Below, one piece after another: positions 1 through 10,590 of a DNA stretch of 64,000 nucleotides. The DNA comes from Candidatus Cloacimonadales bacterium (GTDB lineage Bacteria > Cloacimonadota > Cloacimonadia > Cloacimonadales > JAFGVF01). Position numbers and translations under genes: made by a program. Numbering within the stretch: position 1 is the first letter of the stretch; each line of letters opens with the position of its first letter. A model generated the notes under the pieces. That model had not been told where the DNA came from. It made no database searches and was given only the letters and a program-made list of their open reading frames with translations. Where the stretch lies: the NCBI GenBank assembly GCA_963662585.1, contig OY759729.1, forward strand, positions 1,408,001 through 1,472,000. Reading direction: 5' to 3'.

Positions 1-1
1 T

Positions 2-376
2 ATGCCTTTTCATAACACCTGCAAAACCTCTACCTTTAGAAGTTCCGGTGATAGAAACTAATTCATTAACTTGAAATAAGTCAACTTTGAATATATCCTT
101 CAATTCTGTATCTCTGATATTTTTAACTCTGAATTCTTTTATGTATCTTACAGAGTCACATCCAACAGATTTGAAATAACCGGTCATCGGCTTATTAACT
201 TTCTTTTCAGCAATTGGCTCATATCCTAATTTAATTGATGTATAACCATCTTTGTCTTTAGTTTTAATTTCTAAAACCTGACAAGGGCCGGCTTGTAAAA
301 CTGTAACCGGAGTTACTATTCCGTTTTCATCAAAAACTTGAGTCATTCCTATCTTTTTTCCAATTAAACCTATCAT
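2..376 (-). CDS. rplC: 50S ribosomal protein L3, 5' part (runs off the window start)
   Basis: Manual translation from ATG at 376: MIGLIGKKIGMTQVFDENG...; lies directly downstream of rpsJ. Not in the ORF track because it is truncated. Confidence 0.95.
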   Translation of the reverse strand, partial: MIGLIGKKIGMTQVFDENGIVTPVTVLQAGPCQVLEIKTKDKDGYTSIKLGYEPIAEKKVNKPMTGYFKSVGCDSVRYIKEFRVKNIRDTELKDIFKVDLFQVNELVSITGTSKGRGFAGVMKRH

Positions 377-378
377 CC

Positions 379-714
379 TTAACCCCTTTGAGTTGCCTTA
401 ATTTCCACATGAACACCAGCTGGCAGACTCATTTTCTTTAAAGCTGCAGTGGTTTGCGGAGTAGGATTAACTATATCCACCAATCTTTTATGCACTAACA
501 TTTGGTATTGGTCTTGTGCCTTTTTATTAACGTGTGGAGATCTTAAAATTGTGTACAATGATCTTTCTGTTGGCAATGGAATCGGTCCAACAATCTTGGC
601 ACCTGTATTTCTAGTGCTATGAATGATTTCTTGTACAGATTGATCCAACAGACGATGATCATAAGCTTTGAGTTTAATTCTGATTTTATTATCTTTACTC
701 ACGGATTCCTCCAT
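379..714 (-). CDS. rpsJ: 30S ribosomal protein S10
   Basis: [30 protein letters not shown] and LPAGV motifs. Confidence 0.98.
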   Translation of the reverse strand: MEESVSKDNKIRIKLKAYDHRLLDQSVQEIIHSTRNTGAKIVGPIPLPTERSLYTILRSPHVNKKAQDQYQMLVHKRLVDIVNPTPQTTAALKKMSLPAGVHVEIKATQRG

Positions 715-789
715 TTATAGTGGATCTATAAATATATCTGTATTTTTCTTAAATTTGTTTGATTTGTTTTATTTGAATTTTGTTAAATT

Positions 790-1000
790 GTTATTCAATT
801 TCTTATATTTTCACGCGATCGAGGGTTTTTGCAACACTATTTTTGACGCGTACAAATGATGTACTTGTCCACATGACTATGCAAACATGCGCATAGTCCC
901 AACTATATGCGTTTCAAAGCGTTCCTCGTCCGCTTATCGCAAAGATCTACAAGCTTTCTTAGCAAGCTTTTGCTCTACCTCTCTTTTCGAGAGTGTGCCG
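790..1000 (-). promoter_or_regulatory. Putative structured 5' leader of the S10 operon
   Basis: GC-richer non-coding stretch with several hairpins (gactatgc/gcatagtc 875-898, aagctt/aagctt 951-969, ctctc/gagag 979-993) between the promoter at about 1009-1037 and rpsJ. Confidence 0.55.
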
Positions 1001-1008
1001 TTTTTTGC

Positions 1009-1037
1009 ATTTTTTTCTCACCTTACTTTTCTGTCAA
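1009..1037 (-). promoter_or_regulatory. Sigma70-type promoter of the S10 operon (TTGACA-N17-AAAAAT)
   Basis: Perfect -35, 17-bp spacer, weak -10. Confidence 0.55.
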
Positions 1038-1321
1038 TATTTTTTTTTATTCTTTTAAATATTTAATTTTTCAAGTAGTTAGATAATAGACTAGAAAATA
1101 TTTATCTAGGCAAAGGATACTATTTTACTGCTTTTTTCTAGTACTAAAGCCCAAATTTCAAGCAAGAATTAACTTTCTTAATCATCTTCTCTTTATCGCC
1201 TAGCTAGCTCTCGGAGTGTCTTGCCAACATTGTATGACTATAAGAAATATGGAATCACCCCCTATGTTCCCCTCGCTGAGGAGGAATTAAGATTACACAT
1301 TTTTGATACTTAAGTCCTTTT

Positions 1322-1410
1322 CCTCTGCTCTTACTCTCTTTCCTCTCACTCAACACCAACATTAATTGAATTTTATTTAAGTTGAGTGAGAAGGAGCAAG
1401 GAAATAGCAA
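1322..1410. repeat. Dispersed long-hairpin element, copy 1
   Basis: ctcactcaac (1345-1354) / gttgagtgag (1381-1390) stem; the right arm ttgagtgagaaggagcaagg is identical to 46881-46900. Confidence 0.7.
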
Positions 1411-1568
1411 TTTAAGAACAAGCAGTCATCCTTGATGCCAACCCTCTTTTAGCCTACTTTCAGCACAATATAACTAGAAAGGCTAGTATCTCTGCCCGCA
1501 CCACGCACTTGCGTGTTGGAGATTCTTTCAAGACCAGCATTATCTGCTGGTCGCGGGTAAGGTATAAC

Positions 1569-1639
1569 AAAAAGCCCCACATTTCTGCAGGGCTGTATAT
1601 TTGTTTTTATAGGAATGCCTTCAGGGATGAAGGTATTCC
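1569..1639 (-). terminator. Tandem hairpins / intrinsic terminator downstream of the C25 gene
   Basis: ggaatgccttca-ggga-tgaaggtattcc (1612-1639), plus an agccc...gggct hairpin preceded by an A-run (U-tract on the minus strand). Confidence 0.6.
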
Positions 1640-1646
1640 CAGACTT

Positions 1647-4600
1647 TTATTTCATTAATACCATTTTCTTGAAGTCAGTAGATTTCCCAACTTTTAATTT
1701 GGCAAAATAGATTCCTGAAGCAACGCTCTTAGCTTGGTCATTAATACCTTTCCAAACAACTTGATAATTCCCTGGAGATTTATTCTCTTTAAGAAGGGTT
1801 TTAACTTTCTGTCCTTTAAGATTATATATCTCAATTTCAACCAAAGAATTAGCTTTGCTAGAATTAACAGGAATAGTATAGTTAATAGTAGTTTCTGGAT
1901 TAAATGGGTTTGGATAATTACTGTTAATTTTAGCAGTAAGAAGTTCTACATCATTGGTGATATTATCTGTTGGAGAGACGATATGAACATCATCTACATA
2001 CCAACCTTCTCCAGTAGTAGCTCCATCTGAGCCAAAGACAAAACGGAATTGAACTTGACCTGAAGCAGAACCTAAATTGAATATTTCCTCGCTCCAAGGA
2101 ATAGTCCCAGAATAAACAGGAGTTGAACCAGCTATAGGACTTGCTTGGTTTGTTCTCATATAATAAGGATAGCCACCAAGAGGTTCGATAATATTAAAAG
2201 CACCACCATTAATAGACATTTCAATATAGCCCCCATCCCAGGCATAAGTTGGATTGGTAGCATCTTTCTCAGCATTCATTTTCTGAGAGAAGATAAATTG
2301 GGAATTTGCTACAATATTAAAAGATGGAGTAATAAGGTAACCATAAGCACTATTAGAATAATTTGAGGCATTATTACCACCAAATTTGAAACTAAAACTA
2401 CCGTTTGGAGTATTATTCTCATAATCAGATCTATGCCATTGATTAACAAATTGACTATTTGGCTGTTCAGTAATAAAGCCATCATTTCCGGTTTCAAAGG
2501 TAAATTGATCAAGACCAACTAAGAAATCATAGATGAATTCATTAACATTAAAGAAAGGATCTACCACCGTAACAACGAAATTTCCAGGGTCATAATCTTC
2601 TAAAGAATCATTAATATTAAGAGTAAAAATATCTTCCAAAGTAATAGTCTCTTGCGGAGCAATTTCAACTATTTGATATGAGGCAGGAGAGACAGTGACA
2701 CCATTATAATAAGAATAGAATATCAAATCAATATTTCTGGCATATCCTGAACCGCTGTTAGTAAAAGATAGATTAATTGGATTATTAGTATTAGCATCTG
2801 GAGCTAAAGCTGAATTTGCCAAAGCCACAGCTCCAAGGGTAACATTGGAAGCATTCAAAGTTAGATGACTCTGATTTGTTGAAGTTTCATCTCCAAAATA
2901 AGTAATAAATCTAAGTTCAGCTTCTTCAAGATCAGGGTATCCACCTAGATTATGAACTTCAAATACATTGGTAAAAGATAGTATTTCTTGTCCGTTGAGT
3001 GAACCAATATAGACTGAATCTTGTAGAACTTCAAGATAATCACTCATGGAGATTAATTTCATATAGGCATCTCCGACATAATTATCTGTACCAAAGTTCT
3101 TGACATCTAAATTAAAGGAGGTAAAATCATTAGCGTTAAAGTTTGTTGTTGAGTTATTATTAACAATACTTGTGATAGCAATATATGGCTGATTATCTTG
3201 AACAATTTCAATATCTATCACTTTTGGAAGATGATTAGCAGCGTTTAAAATAAGACGATAATTACCTGCCATCAAAGAGCTTGTGGTAACAACACTCAGA
3301 TTACCAAGAATATCTCTTTCTCCACTCCAAAGAATTTCATTATCATTATTAATCAAAGCAGCTGTTACTTCTGAAGTTGTTATATCTAATTGATAAGATG
3401 ATTGTCCCTGTTCCCAAACATTACTAATATTATCAGTAATAACAAGTGGAGTCTCTTTCCAAAGATTCATAGCAGGATCGCCAAAAAGATTTGTTTCATA
3501 ATAGACCCAATACATAGTTCCGTTATCCATCATAGGAATATTATCTATTTTGCAGTCATTAAGAGTCTCACCTATTTCAGCAATTTCTTCTGTAAAGATA
3601 GCATCAACCCACTGTCTGTGGAACTTTTGTGAAACACCATTTGTAGATCCTTGCTGACCCCAGCCATAACGAGAATGAGAAATCATAGCAACTGCAGATG
3701 TTTCGATAGCTGTAAATCTTTCAGTGATACTATCAGCACCATAATTACCAACAGAAGTTCCTCTATTATCAAAAGCACCAGCATAGCAACCTTGAGTGAA
3801 TATAACTGAGAAATTACCATTATTACCATTGTTAGTAATATTATTAGTTGTAACAGTATTATTAGTTAATCTCATATTATAGTTAGTGTTAGAGTGTCCA
3901 AGATGGTTAATATAAGTAGGACCAGCATTCATTAGAGGATAAAGTTGAGATCCAGACCAAGCTTCTTCATAACCATAAGTTCTATCATAGAGGGTTGAAA
4001 AAGTCCAATCCTCAGGAAAACCTGTGGTTTCATAACCATAGAGATTAGTATTACCGATTAATTCATCCATACTATCACCACCCCAAGTTGGTCCTTCCCA
4101 AAGCCATTCTCCTACCATTAAAGAAGTCTCAACTAAATTAACTACTGGTTCTTCTGTAAATTTATGAAGTTTATTAATTATATCATCTAATTCACTTGCA
4201 TCATTAAAGCAGATTCTTCCAACAGCTAACTCAGGCATCAAGTCTGTCTCTTGTTCTTCTCCAAAAACATTATCATTATCAGCATCCCAAGAGCCATTTA
4301 AGTTGGAGTAATAACAATCAGCTGGAATGTCATAATCTGTTTCAGCTTCATTTCCAGCATAGAAACCACGGTGGGGAATAACATCATCATCACCAGCAAG
4401 AAGCACAAATTGAAGATCATTAGTAGGCTGAGAATAGTAATATTTGATATACTCTCTAATTTTCTCAGGAGTATCTCTGTAGCTAGCGCCATTAGGAAGA
4501 GGATTATTTTCAATATGTTCTATAGAAATTAGCTCTACGCTTCTATTTCTAATATTATGATAATACTCAATTTGCTGAATTTGAGTTAAGTAAGCTTCAG

Positions 4601-5261
4601 GATAGATAATTAAATAATCAATGCCTGAATTTCTCGCTGAATTAGGCATAGGAACCATTTGAGGATTATCTACACTCTTGATTAATCTATTATAAACAGA
4701 CGAATTATCTTTTCTCAAATTTTGAGCTTCTAACCCAGCATTTGTTACAGCAGTTTCGATTTCTAAAGTTGCTTGGGTATACCAAACAAGTCTATTCTCT
4801 AGTGGATAATACTCTATCGGTGAAAAAACAAAAGATCCTACACTATGTCCAGCCATGAAATCAGTTCTGATATTCTTAGTTCTTTCATAAGGGAAAGCCT
4901 TGGCGGAGTTATATATCTCCATATTTGGCTCTGTGAATTTAGCATCTTCCATTAAAGAAAGTGGGTACTGTTGCTGAACAGGGAAAAGAGCTTTATCTAA
5001 AATAATCTCTTGCGCTTTCCCTAAACGAACATTGATAGAAGTAATCTCTTCACTTTGAGGAAGATAGATTAAAACACCTTTATAAGGTATCTCAGGTTGT
5101 GCAGTCACACCATTAGAAAAACAATCCTGAAGAGATATTTTAGTGTAATCTCCAGCATTTTCAATTACAGGTTTATCAAAATCATAAGTCATTGTTATTG
5201 AGCCAAACATTAGTTGGGCAGTAAAAATTAAAAGAAATAAAAGTATTAGTCGCTTAGTCAT
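1647..5261 (-). CDS. Gingipain-like C25 cysteine peptidase with propeptide and C-terminal T9SS-like/FlgD-Ig sorting domain
   Basis: Signal peptide from MTKRLILLF (ATG 5261, GGAGGA RBS); FVLLAGDDDVIP, AVGRI, catalytic His/Cys regions HLGHS and QGCYAG, LFGDP; NYPNPFNPET...KKMVLMK C-terminus. Confidence 0.88.
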   Translation of the reverse strand: MTKRLILLFLLIFTAQLMFGSITMTYDFDKPVIENAGDYTKISLQDCFSNGVTAQPEIPYKGVLIYLPQSEEITSINVRLGKAQEIILDKALFPVQQQYPLSLMEDAKFTEPNMEIYNSAKAFPYERTKNIRTDFMAGHSVGSFVFSPIEYYPLENRLVWYTQATLEIETAVTNAGLEAQNLRKDNSSVYNRLIKSVDNPQMVPMPNSARNSGIDYLIIYPEAYLTQIQQIEYYHNIRNRSVELISIEHIENNPLPNGASYRDTPEKIREYIKYYYSQPTNDLQFVLLAGDDDVIPHRGFYAGNEAETDYDIPADCYYSNLNGSWDADNDNVFGEEQETDLMPELAVGRICFNDASELDDIINKLHKFTEEPVVNLVETSLMVGEWLWEGPTWGGDSMDELIGNTNLYGYETTGFPEDWTFSTLYDRTYGYEEAWSGSQLYPLMNAGPTYINHLGHSNTNYNMRLTNNTVTTNNITNNGNNGNFSVIFTQGCYAGAFDNRGTSVGNYGADSITERFTAIETSAVAMISHSRYGWGQQGSTNGVSQKFHRQWVDAIFTEEIAEIGETLNDCKIDNIPMMDNGTMYWVYYETNLFGDPAMNLWKETPLVITDNISNVWEQGQSSYQLDITTSEVTAALINNDNEILWSGERDILGNLSVVTTSSLMAGNYRLILNAANHLPKVIDIEIVQDNQPYIAITSIVNNNSTTNFNANDFTSFNLDVKNFGTDNYVGDAYMKLISMSDYLEVLQDSVYIGSLNGQEILSFTNVFEVHNLGGYPDLEEAELRFITYFGDETSTNQSHLTLNASNVTLGAVALANSALAPDANTNNPINLSFTNSGSGYARNIDLIFYSYYNGVTVSPASYQIVEIAPQETITLEDIFTLNINDSLEDYDPGNFVVTVVDPFFNVNEFIYDFLVGLDQFTFETGNDGFITEQPNSQFVNQWHRSDYENNTPNGSFSFKFGGNNASNYSNSAYGYLITPSFNIVANSQFIFSQKMNAEKDATNPTYAWDGGYIEMSINGGAFNIIEPLGGYPYYMRTNQASPIAGSTPVYSGTIPWSEEIFNLGSASGQVQFRFVFGSDGATTGEGWYVDDVHIVSPTDNITNDVELLTAKINSNYPNPFNPETTINYTIPVNSSKANSLVEIEIYNLKGQKVKTLLKENKSPGNYQVVWKGINDQAKSVASGIYFAKLKVGKSTDFKKMVLMK

Positions 5262-5517
5262 CGATCCTCCGATCTTATTTATTATATATCCTAATAATAC
5301 TCCTTGCAAATTACTCTCCATTAGTCAATAGAATAAATTTAAATACTTGTGAGAATTACTAAAATGCAATTAAATTGGGTTGGGATGAGAGGAGTTACTT
5401 ACTGAGAAAGTGAAACGGTTTTACCTGCAAGACATAAAGAACACAAAAAGAAGAAAAAACATGGAAGACAGATAACTCAGATTAAGCATAATAACTACTT
5501 TTAAATGCTGTTTTTAA

Positions 5518-5592
5518 AAAGTAAAGAGATAATTGGAAAATCCAATCATCTCTTTGTTTAAAGGGAGAGGTCGTCATCACATAAACTCTCAT
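5518..5592 (-). ncRNA. Candidate small RNA, copy A (CU-rich seed plus terminator)
   Basis: Follows the CGTCTA -10; contains GAUGACGACCUCUCCCUU; ends in hairpin aaagagat.attgga/tccaat.atctcttt (5523-5555) with a U-tract; homologous to copies B and C. Confidence 0.55.
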
Positions 5593-5597
5593 TAATA

Positions 5598-5626
5598 TAG
5601 ACGGAAAAAGTGGAATATTTCTTCCT
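5598..5626 (-). promoter_or_regulatory. ECF-type promoter, copy A (AGGAAGA-N16-CGTCTA)
   Basis: AGAAATATTCCxxTTTTxCGTCTATATTA is conserved with copies B and C; the -35 differs from B and C. Confidence 0.5.
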
Positions 5627-5751
5627 AGTTTGTCATATAACTCTGGTATTCAAACTCTTACAAGAGTTCAGCGAATTTATGAATATTGCCCATCTTAAAA
5701 AACTTCACACACGATATCTTAGTTCAACTTAAAGATTCTTAGTTTAAGATG

Positions 5752-7968
5752 CTATTTCATTAATAACATTTTCTTTACAACTTCCTCTTCCCCATTCTTT
5801 ACTCGATACAGATATGTTCCGGAACTTACTTTCTTACCAGAATCATTGTCTCCATACCACACGACATTATGCATTCCAGCCTCCTGCTTCTCTGAAAGCA
5901 AACTCTTTACTTTCTGTCCTTTGAGATTATAGATATCCACCGTAACATTTCCTTTTTTAGTAATATCGTAAGAAATCCTAGTTTCAGGATTAAAAGGATT
6001 AGGATAATTATAACTATTAATCTCATTAGACTGCACAATTTCATAGCTATCATTTTCGGTATAATATATTATGTCATAGCAGATTAAAAGACTTTGACGA
6101 GAAAGATATAGTTTATTGTTATGAACATCAAAATCTGTAAACTGGCTCGGAGTGCATAAATTTGCAGTGTAGGATGCAACTTGGCTATAATTACCCAATC
6201 CATCCAACTGATACATTTTTATCTGAGAAGTTCCTCTGTTACTTACGCTATAAAGGTAATCACCAACAACTTCAATATCATTACTATATATAACATCAGA
6301 AGTTATTGTATTCAGTAAAGTCCAATTCTCAATATCAGTAATATCATAGATAAATATATCTGGTAAATAAGCATGATTTACTGCATAATAATTGATAAAT
6401 GAGGCATATAAAATACTATCTTTCACTTGAAACTTGGCATAATTTGCCGTGTGTTGAGTCCCCTGCAGAGTGTTACATGAGAAGGAAGAGAGATAATCCG
6501 GCTCTATTGGATTACTTAAATCATAAATTGAGACGCGTAAATATTCATTTACCAATAATAGATAATGATCAATAACATAAGAACTTATCGGAGCATAAAT
6601 TATTTCATTAACATTAACTGAACTTAATATTTCAGGACTTTCCGGCTCAGAAATATCTGTAATTTGCATTTGCAGACTTTCTCCGTCTATATTGTAGAAG
6701 TAATCATCATAAGTAGCTATTTTACCTATCGAGCCCAAATCTATTGAGGAAGAGAACTCTGGATTTGCTACTCCATTTTCAGTATTTAAGATTGTCAAGT
6801 TCTCATCAGTAGCCAATAGTAACTTATCCTCAGTAGCTAGGTATTTTTTAAACCTAGTATTCCAGTCCCTGTTATTATCAGCTGGTATTTCTTGTATGTT
6901 ATCAGAATCACTTAAATCAAACATCTTAAGTTTTGGGTAAGCAACATCTAAAAGAGTATTTTCAATAATTTCAATGCCTACATAGTTTTGATAAGAATTT
7001 AAATTGTATAATATCTCTGGATTATCGATATCACTGAAATCAACAATTACTAGACCATACTCCTTATTTGGTTTAATGTAGTAGTCTCCTATCATAGTTG
7101 GTTTTGATCGGTAGTAATAATGGTCATCACGCCAACTTTGATACTGAACAATATTGTTTACATCACTAATATCCCAATAATAGCCATCAGCACTGATTAG
7201 AGTGGAAGAATTTCCAATAGTTGATATATTGTACTCATCATTATCTAGAGGAGGTAAAGGACCAAAGGTTTCCATTAGCTCAAGTCCGTTTGAATAAACA
7301 AATACATAAAGATAATCTTTTTCTCTCACAAAAATTCTCTCATTTTGAATAGCCATAACTGCAAATGCACCTGTATCATTTATCTCGTATGAATCAATTA
7401 AGTCTACTTCAGTTGGTAAGCTCATTGAATAATCTTCTAATACAAAACTATTAGATTCTGAATAAGATTTTAGAGCAAAAAGCCTATTTTCGACTACTTT
7501 AAATTGTACTGTAGAAGTTAATATTTGGGAAGGGGGAAGATTAAAATCCATAGTATTATAAACATATATGGAGTCTGATTTTACGATGAGATAATTATTA
7601 ATTAATTGGCAATCATAAATAATATCGAAATTAAGAGCTGAAATTTCTAACGGATTTTCACTATTTATTATATCATATAACATAATATCGTGATAATCTG
7701 TATTGTAGTGGATAAGATAATTACCTGAAGAATATACCCTATTATACAAGTATGAATAGTCATGATTGATGACATTAACTAACTCTAATGTTTCATTACT
7801 GTAATTATAAATTGAGACCCCATTTAAACTAGCTACATAGAGAGTAGAATCCTTACTGGCAACAGAAAGTGCATCTTCAGAAACAGATAAAATAGAATTA
7901 TACTCAAAAGTCCAAACTAAACTTATTAAAAAAGCAAAGGCTAATATTAAAACTACTTTTTTCATCAT
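5752..7968 (-). CDS. Secreted LVIVD-like beta-propeller repeat protein with CTD, paralog A
   Basis: Signal peptide, repeated xxDISDPxxP motifs, NYPNPFNPET CTD; near-identical to 8027-10240 and 13059-15281. Confidence 0.8.
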   Translation of the reverse strand: MMKKVVLILAFAFLISLVWTFEYNSILSVSEDALSVASKDSTLYVASLNGVSIYNYSNETLELVNVINHDYSYLYNRVYSSGNYLIHYNTDYHDIMLYDIINSENPLEISALNFDIIYDCQLINNYLIVKSDSIYVYNTMDFNLPPSQILTSTVQFKVVENRLFALKSYSESNSFVLEDYSMSLPTEVDLIDSYEINDTGAFAVMAIQNERIFVREKDYLYVFVYSNGLELMETFGPLPPLDNDEYNISTIGNSSTLISADGYYWDISDVNNIVQYQSWRDDHYYYRSKPTMIGDYYIKPNKEYGLVIVDFSDIDNPEILYNLNSYQNYVGIEIIENTLLDVAYPKLKMFDLSDSDNIQEIPADNNRDWNTRFKKYLATEDKLLLATDENLTILNTENGVANPEFSSSIDLGSIGKIATYDDYFYNIDGESLQMQITDISEPESPEILSSVNVNEIIYAPISSYVIDHYLLLVNEYLRVSIYDLSNPIEPDYLSSFSCNTLQGTQHTANYAKFQVKDSILYASFINYYAVNHAYLPDIFIYDITDIENWTLLNTITSDVIYSNDIEVVGDYLYSVSNRGTSQIKMYQLDGLGNYSQVASYTANLCTPSQFTDFDVHNNKLYLSRQSLLICYDIIYYTENDSYEIVQSNEINSYNYPNPFNPETRISYDITKKGNVTVDIYNLKGQKVKSLLSEKQEAGMHNVVWYGDNDSGKKVSSGTYLYRVKNGEEEVVKKMLLMK

Positions 7969-7988
7969 TTCTCCTTATTTAATTACAA

Positions 7989-8017
7989 GATACGCCATGA
8001 AAATTCCATGGCGTATC
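7989..8017. other. Intergenic hairpin (11-bp stem) between cargo genes
   Basis: gatacgccatg / catggcgtatc; no clear U-tract. Confidence 0.6.
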
Positions 8018-8026
8018 AGATTTATA

Positions 8027-10240
8027 CTATTTGAGTAGAACCATTTTATTGGTTTTGGTATAATTCCCACAAGATAAACGATAATAATAGACACCGGAAG
8101 CAACTTCTTTGCCTTGATTATTTGTACCATTCCAAATTATCTTATGAACTCCCATATCCATCTCTTCATTGATTAAACTTTTAACCTTCTGACCTTTTAA
8201 GTTATATACAACTAATTCAACTTTATCTCTTTGAGGTAAGTCAAAAGAAATCGTAGTTTCAGGGTTGAAAGGATTAGGATAATTATAGCTATAAATCTCA
8301 TTAGACTGCACAATTTCATAGCTATTATTTTCGGTATAATATATTATGTCATAGCAGATTAAAAGACTTTGACGAGAAAGATATAGTTTATTGTTATGAA
8401 CATCAAAATCTGTAAACTGGCTCGGAGTGCATAAATTTGCAGTGTAGGATGCAACTTGGCTATAATTACCCAATCCATCCAACTGATACATTTTTATCTG
8501 AGTTTGTCCTCTGTTACTTACGCTATAGAGGTAATCACCAACAACTTCAATATCATTACTATATATAACATCGGAAGTTATCGTATTCAGTAAAGTCCAA
8601 TTCTCAATATCAGCAATATCATAGATAAATATATCTGGTAAATAAGCATGATTTACTGCATAATAATTGATAAATGAGGCATATAAAATACTATCTTTCA
8701 CTTGAAACTTGGCATAATTTGCCGTGTGTTGAGTCCCCTGCAGAGTGTTACATGAGAAGGAAGAGAGATAATCCGGCTCTATTGGATTACTTAAATCATA
8801 AATTGAGACGCGTAAATATTCATTTACCAATAATAGATAATGATCAATAACATAAGAACTTATCGGAGCATAAATTATTTCATTAACATTAACTGAACTT
8901 AATATTTCAGGACTTTCCGGCTCAGAAATATCTGTAATTTGCATTTGCAGACTTTCTCCGTCTATATTGTAGAAGTAATCATCATAAGTAGCTATTTTAC
9001 CTATCGAGCCCAAATCTATTGAGGAAGAGAACTCTGGATTTGCTACTCCATTTTCAGTATTTAAGATTGTCAAGTTCTCATCAGTAGCCAATAGTAACTT
9101 ATCCTCAGTAGCTAGGTATTTTTTAAACCTAGTATTCCAGTCCCTGTTATTATCAGCTGGTATTTCTTGTATGTTATCAGAATCACTTAAATCAAACATC
9201 TTAAGTTTTGGGTAAGCAACATCTAAAAGAGTATTTTCAATAATTTCAATGCCTACATAGTTTTGATAAGAATTTAAATTGTATAATATCTCTGGATTAT
9301 CGATATCACTGAAATCAACAATTACTAGACCATACTCCTTATTTGGTTTAATGTAGTAGTCTCCTATCATAGTTGGTTTTGATCGGTAGTAATAATGGTC
9401 ATCACGCCAACTTTGATACTGAACAATATTGTTTACATCACTAATATCCCAATAATAGCCATCAGCACTGATTAGAGTGGAAGAATTTCCAATAGTTGAT
9501 ATATTGTACTCATCATTATCTAGAGGAGGTAAAGGACCAAAGGTTTCCATTAGCTCAAGTCCGTTTGAATAAACAAATACATAAAGATAATCTTTTTCTC
9601 TCACAAAAATTCTCTCATTTTGAATAGCCATAACTGCAAATGCACCTGTATCATTTATCTCGTATGAATCAATTAAGTCTACTTCAGTTGGTAAGCTCAT
9701 TGAATAATCTTCTAATACAAAACTATTAGATTCTGAATAAGATTTTAGAGCAAAAAGCCTATTTTCGACTACTTTAAATTGTACTGTAGAAGTTAATATT
9801 TGGGAAGGGGGAAGATTAAAATCCATAGTATTATAAACATATATGGAGTCTGATTTTACGATGAGATAATTATTAATTAATTGGCAATCATAAATAATAT
9901 CGAAATTAAGAGCTGAAATTTCTAACGGATTTTCACTATTTGTTATATCATATAACATAATATCGTGATAATCTGTATTGTAGTGAATAAGATAATTACC
10001 TGAAGAATATACCCTATTATACAAGTATGAATAGTCATGATTGATGACATTAACTAACTCTAATGTTTCATTACTGTAATTATAAATTGATATTCCATTT
10101 AAACTAGCTACATAGAGAGTAGAATCCTTACTGGCAACAGAAAGTGCATCTTCAGACACCGACAAAATAGAATTATATTCAAAAGTCCAAACTAAACTTA
10201 TTAAAAAAGCAAAGGCTAATATTAAAACTACTTTTTTCAT
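8027..10240 (-). CDS. Secreted LVIVD-like repeat protein with a different CTD, paralog B
   Basis: Start MKKVVLIL at 10240 (AGGAGA RBS); body nearly identical to paralog A, but the sequence after NPET is a distinct CTD variant. Confidence 0.8.
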   Translation of the reverse strand: MKKVVLILAFAFLISLVWTFEYNSILSVSEDALSVASKDSTLYVASLNGISIYNYSNETLELVNVINHDYSYLYNRVYSSGNYLIHYNTDYHDIMLYDITNSENPLEISALNFDIIYDCQLINNYLIVKSDSIYVYNTMDFNLPPSQILTSTVQFKVVENRLFALKSYSESNSFVLEDYSMSLPTEVDLIDSYEINDTGAFAVMAIQNERIFVREKDYLYVFVYSNGLELMETFGPLPPLDNDEYNISTIGNSSTLISADGYYWDISDVNNIVQYQSWRDDHYYYRSKPTMIGDYYIKPNKEYGLVIVDFSDIDNPEILYNLNSYQNYVGIEIIENTLLDVAYPKLKMFDLSDSDNIQEIPADNNRDWNTRFKKYLATEDKLLLATDENLTILNTENGVANPEFSSSIDLGSIGKIATYDDYFYNIDGESLQMQITDISEPESPEILSSVNVNEIIYAPISSYVIDHYLLLVNEYLRVSIYDLSNPIEPDYLSSFSCNTLQGTQHTANYAKFQVKDSILYASFINYYAVNHAYLPDIFIYDIADIENWTLLNTITSDVIYSNDIEVVGDYLYSVSNRGQTQIKMYQLDGLGNYSQVASYTANLCTPSQFTDFDVHNNKLYLSRQSLLICYDIIYYTENNSYEIVQSNEIYSYNYPNPFNPETTISFDLPQRDKVELVVYNLKGQKVKSLINEEMDMGVHKIIWNGTNNQGKEVASGVYYYRLSCGNYTKTNKMVLLK

Positions 10241-10357
10241 AATTTCTCCTAATGTTTTACTCTTTTTCATCTTTTATACTTCTATTTATTTTTGTCAACT
10301 ATTTACCTAGATATTTTAAATATTCATTGTCACGATTTAGACATTATACTTCTTATC

Positions 10358-10430
10358 AACGAAAGAGATAATGGTTTTCCACATTATCTCAATCGCTGAA
10401 GGGAAAAGTCATCATAACTTAAGTTCTCAC
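10358..10430 (-). ncRNA. Candidate small RNA, copy B
   Basis: GAUGACUUUUCCCUU seed; 9-bp hairpin gagataatg/cattatctc (10365-10390) followed by UUU on the minus strand. Confidence 0.55.
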
Positions 10431-10435
10431 TAATA

Positions 10436-10464
10436 TAGACGGAAAAAAGGGAATATTTCTGACA
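10436..10464 (-). promoter_or_regulatory. ECF-type promoter, copy B (TGTCAGA-N16-CGTCTA)
   Basis: Closely resembles the ECF41-type consensus TGTCACA-N16-CGTC, with a T-rich spacer. Confidence 0.6.
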
Positions 10465-10590
10465 AGTTTATTCTATGATATTGTTATTCAACTTCTTACA
10501 AGAGTTCAGCGAATTTATGAATATTGCCCATCCTGAAAAAACTTCACACCCGATATCTTAGTTCAACTTAAAGATTCTTAGTTTAAGATG

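Noticed and set aside
5262..5321. Upstream in-frame starts given by the ORF track (also 10270, 13035, 26540, 49426, 50306)
   Set aside because: Downstream ATGs have a better RBS, a signal-peptide start or less overlap, so coordinates were trimmed.
10389..10415. Leader peptide (MMTFPFSD) inside the candidate sRNA
   Set aside because: The stop position and length are not conserved in copies A and C, and there is no RBS.
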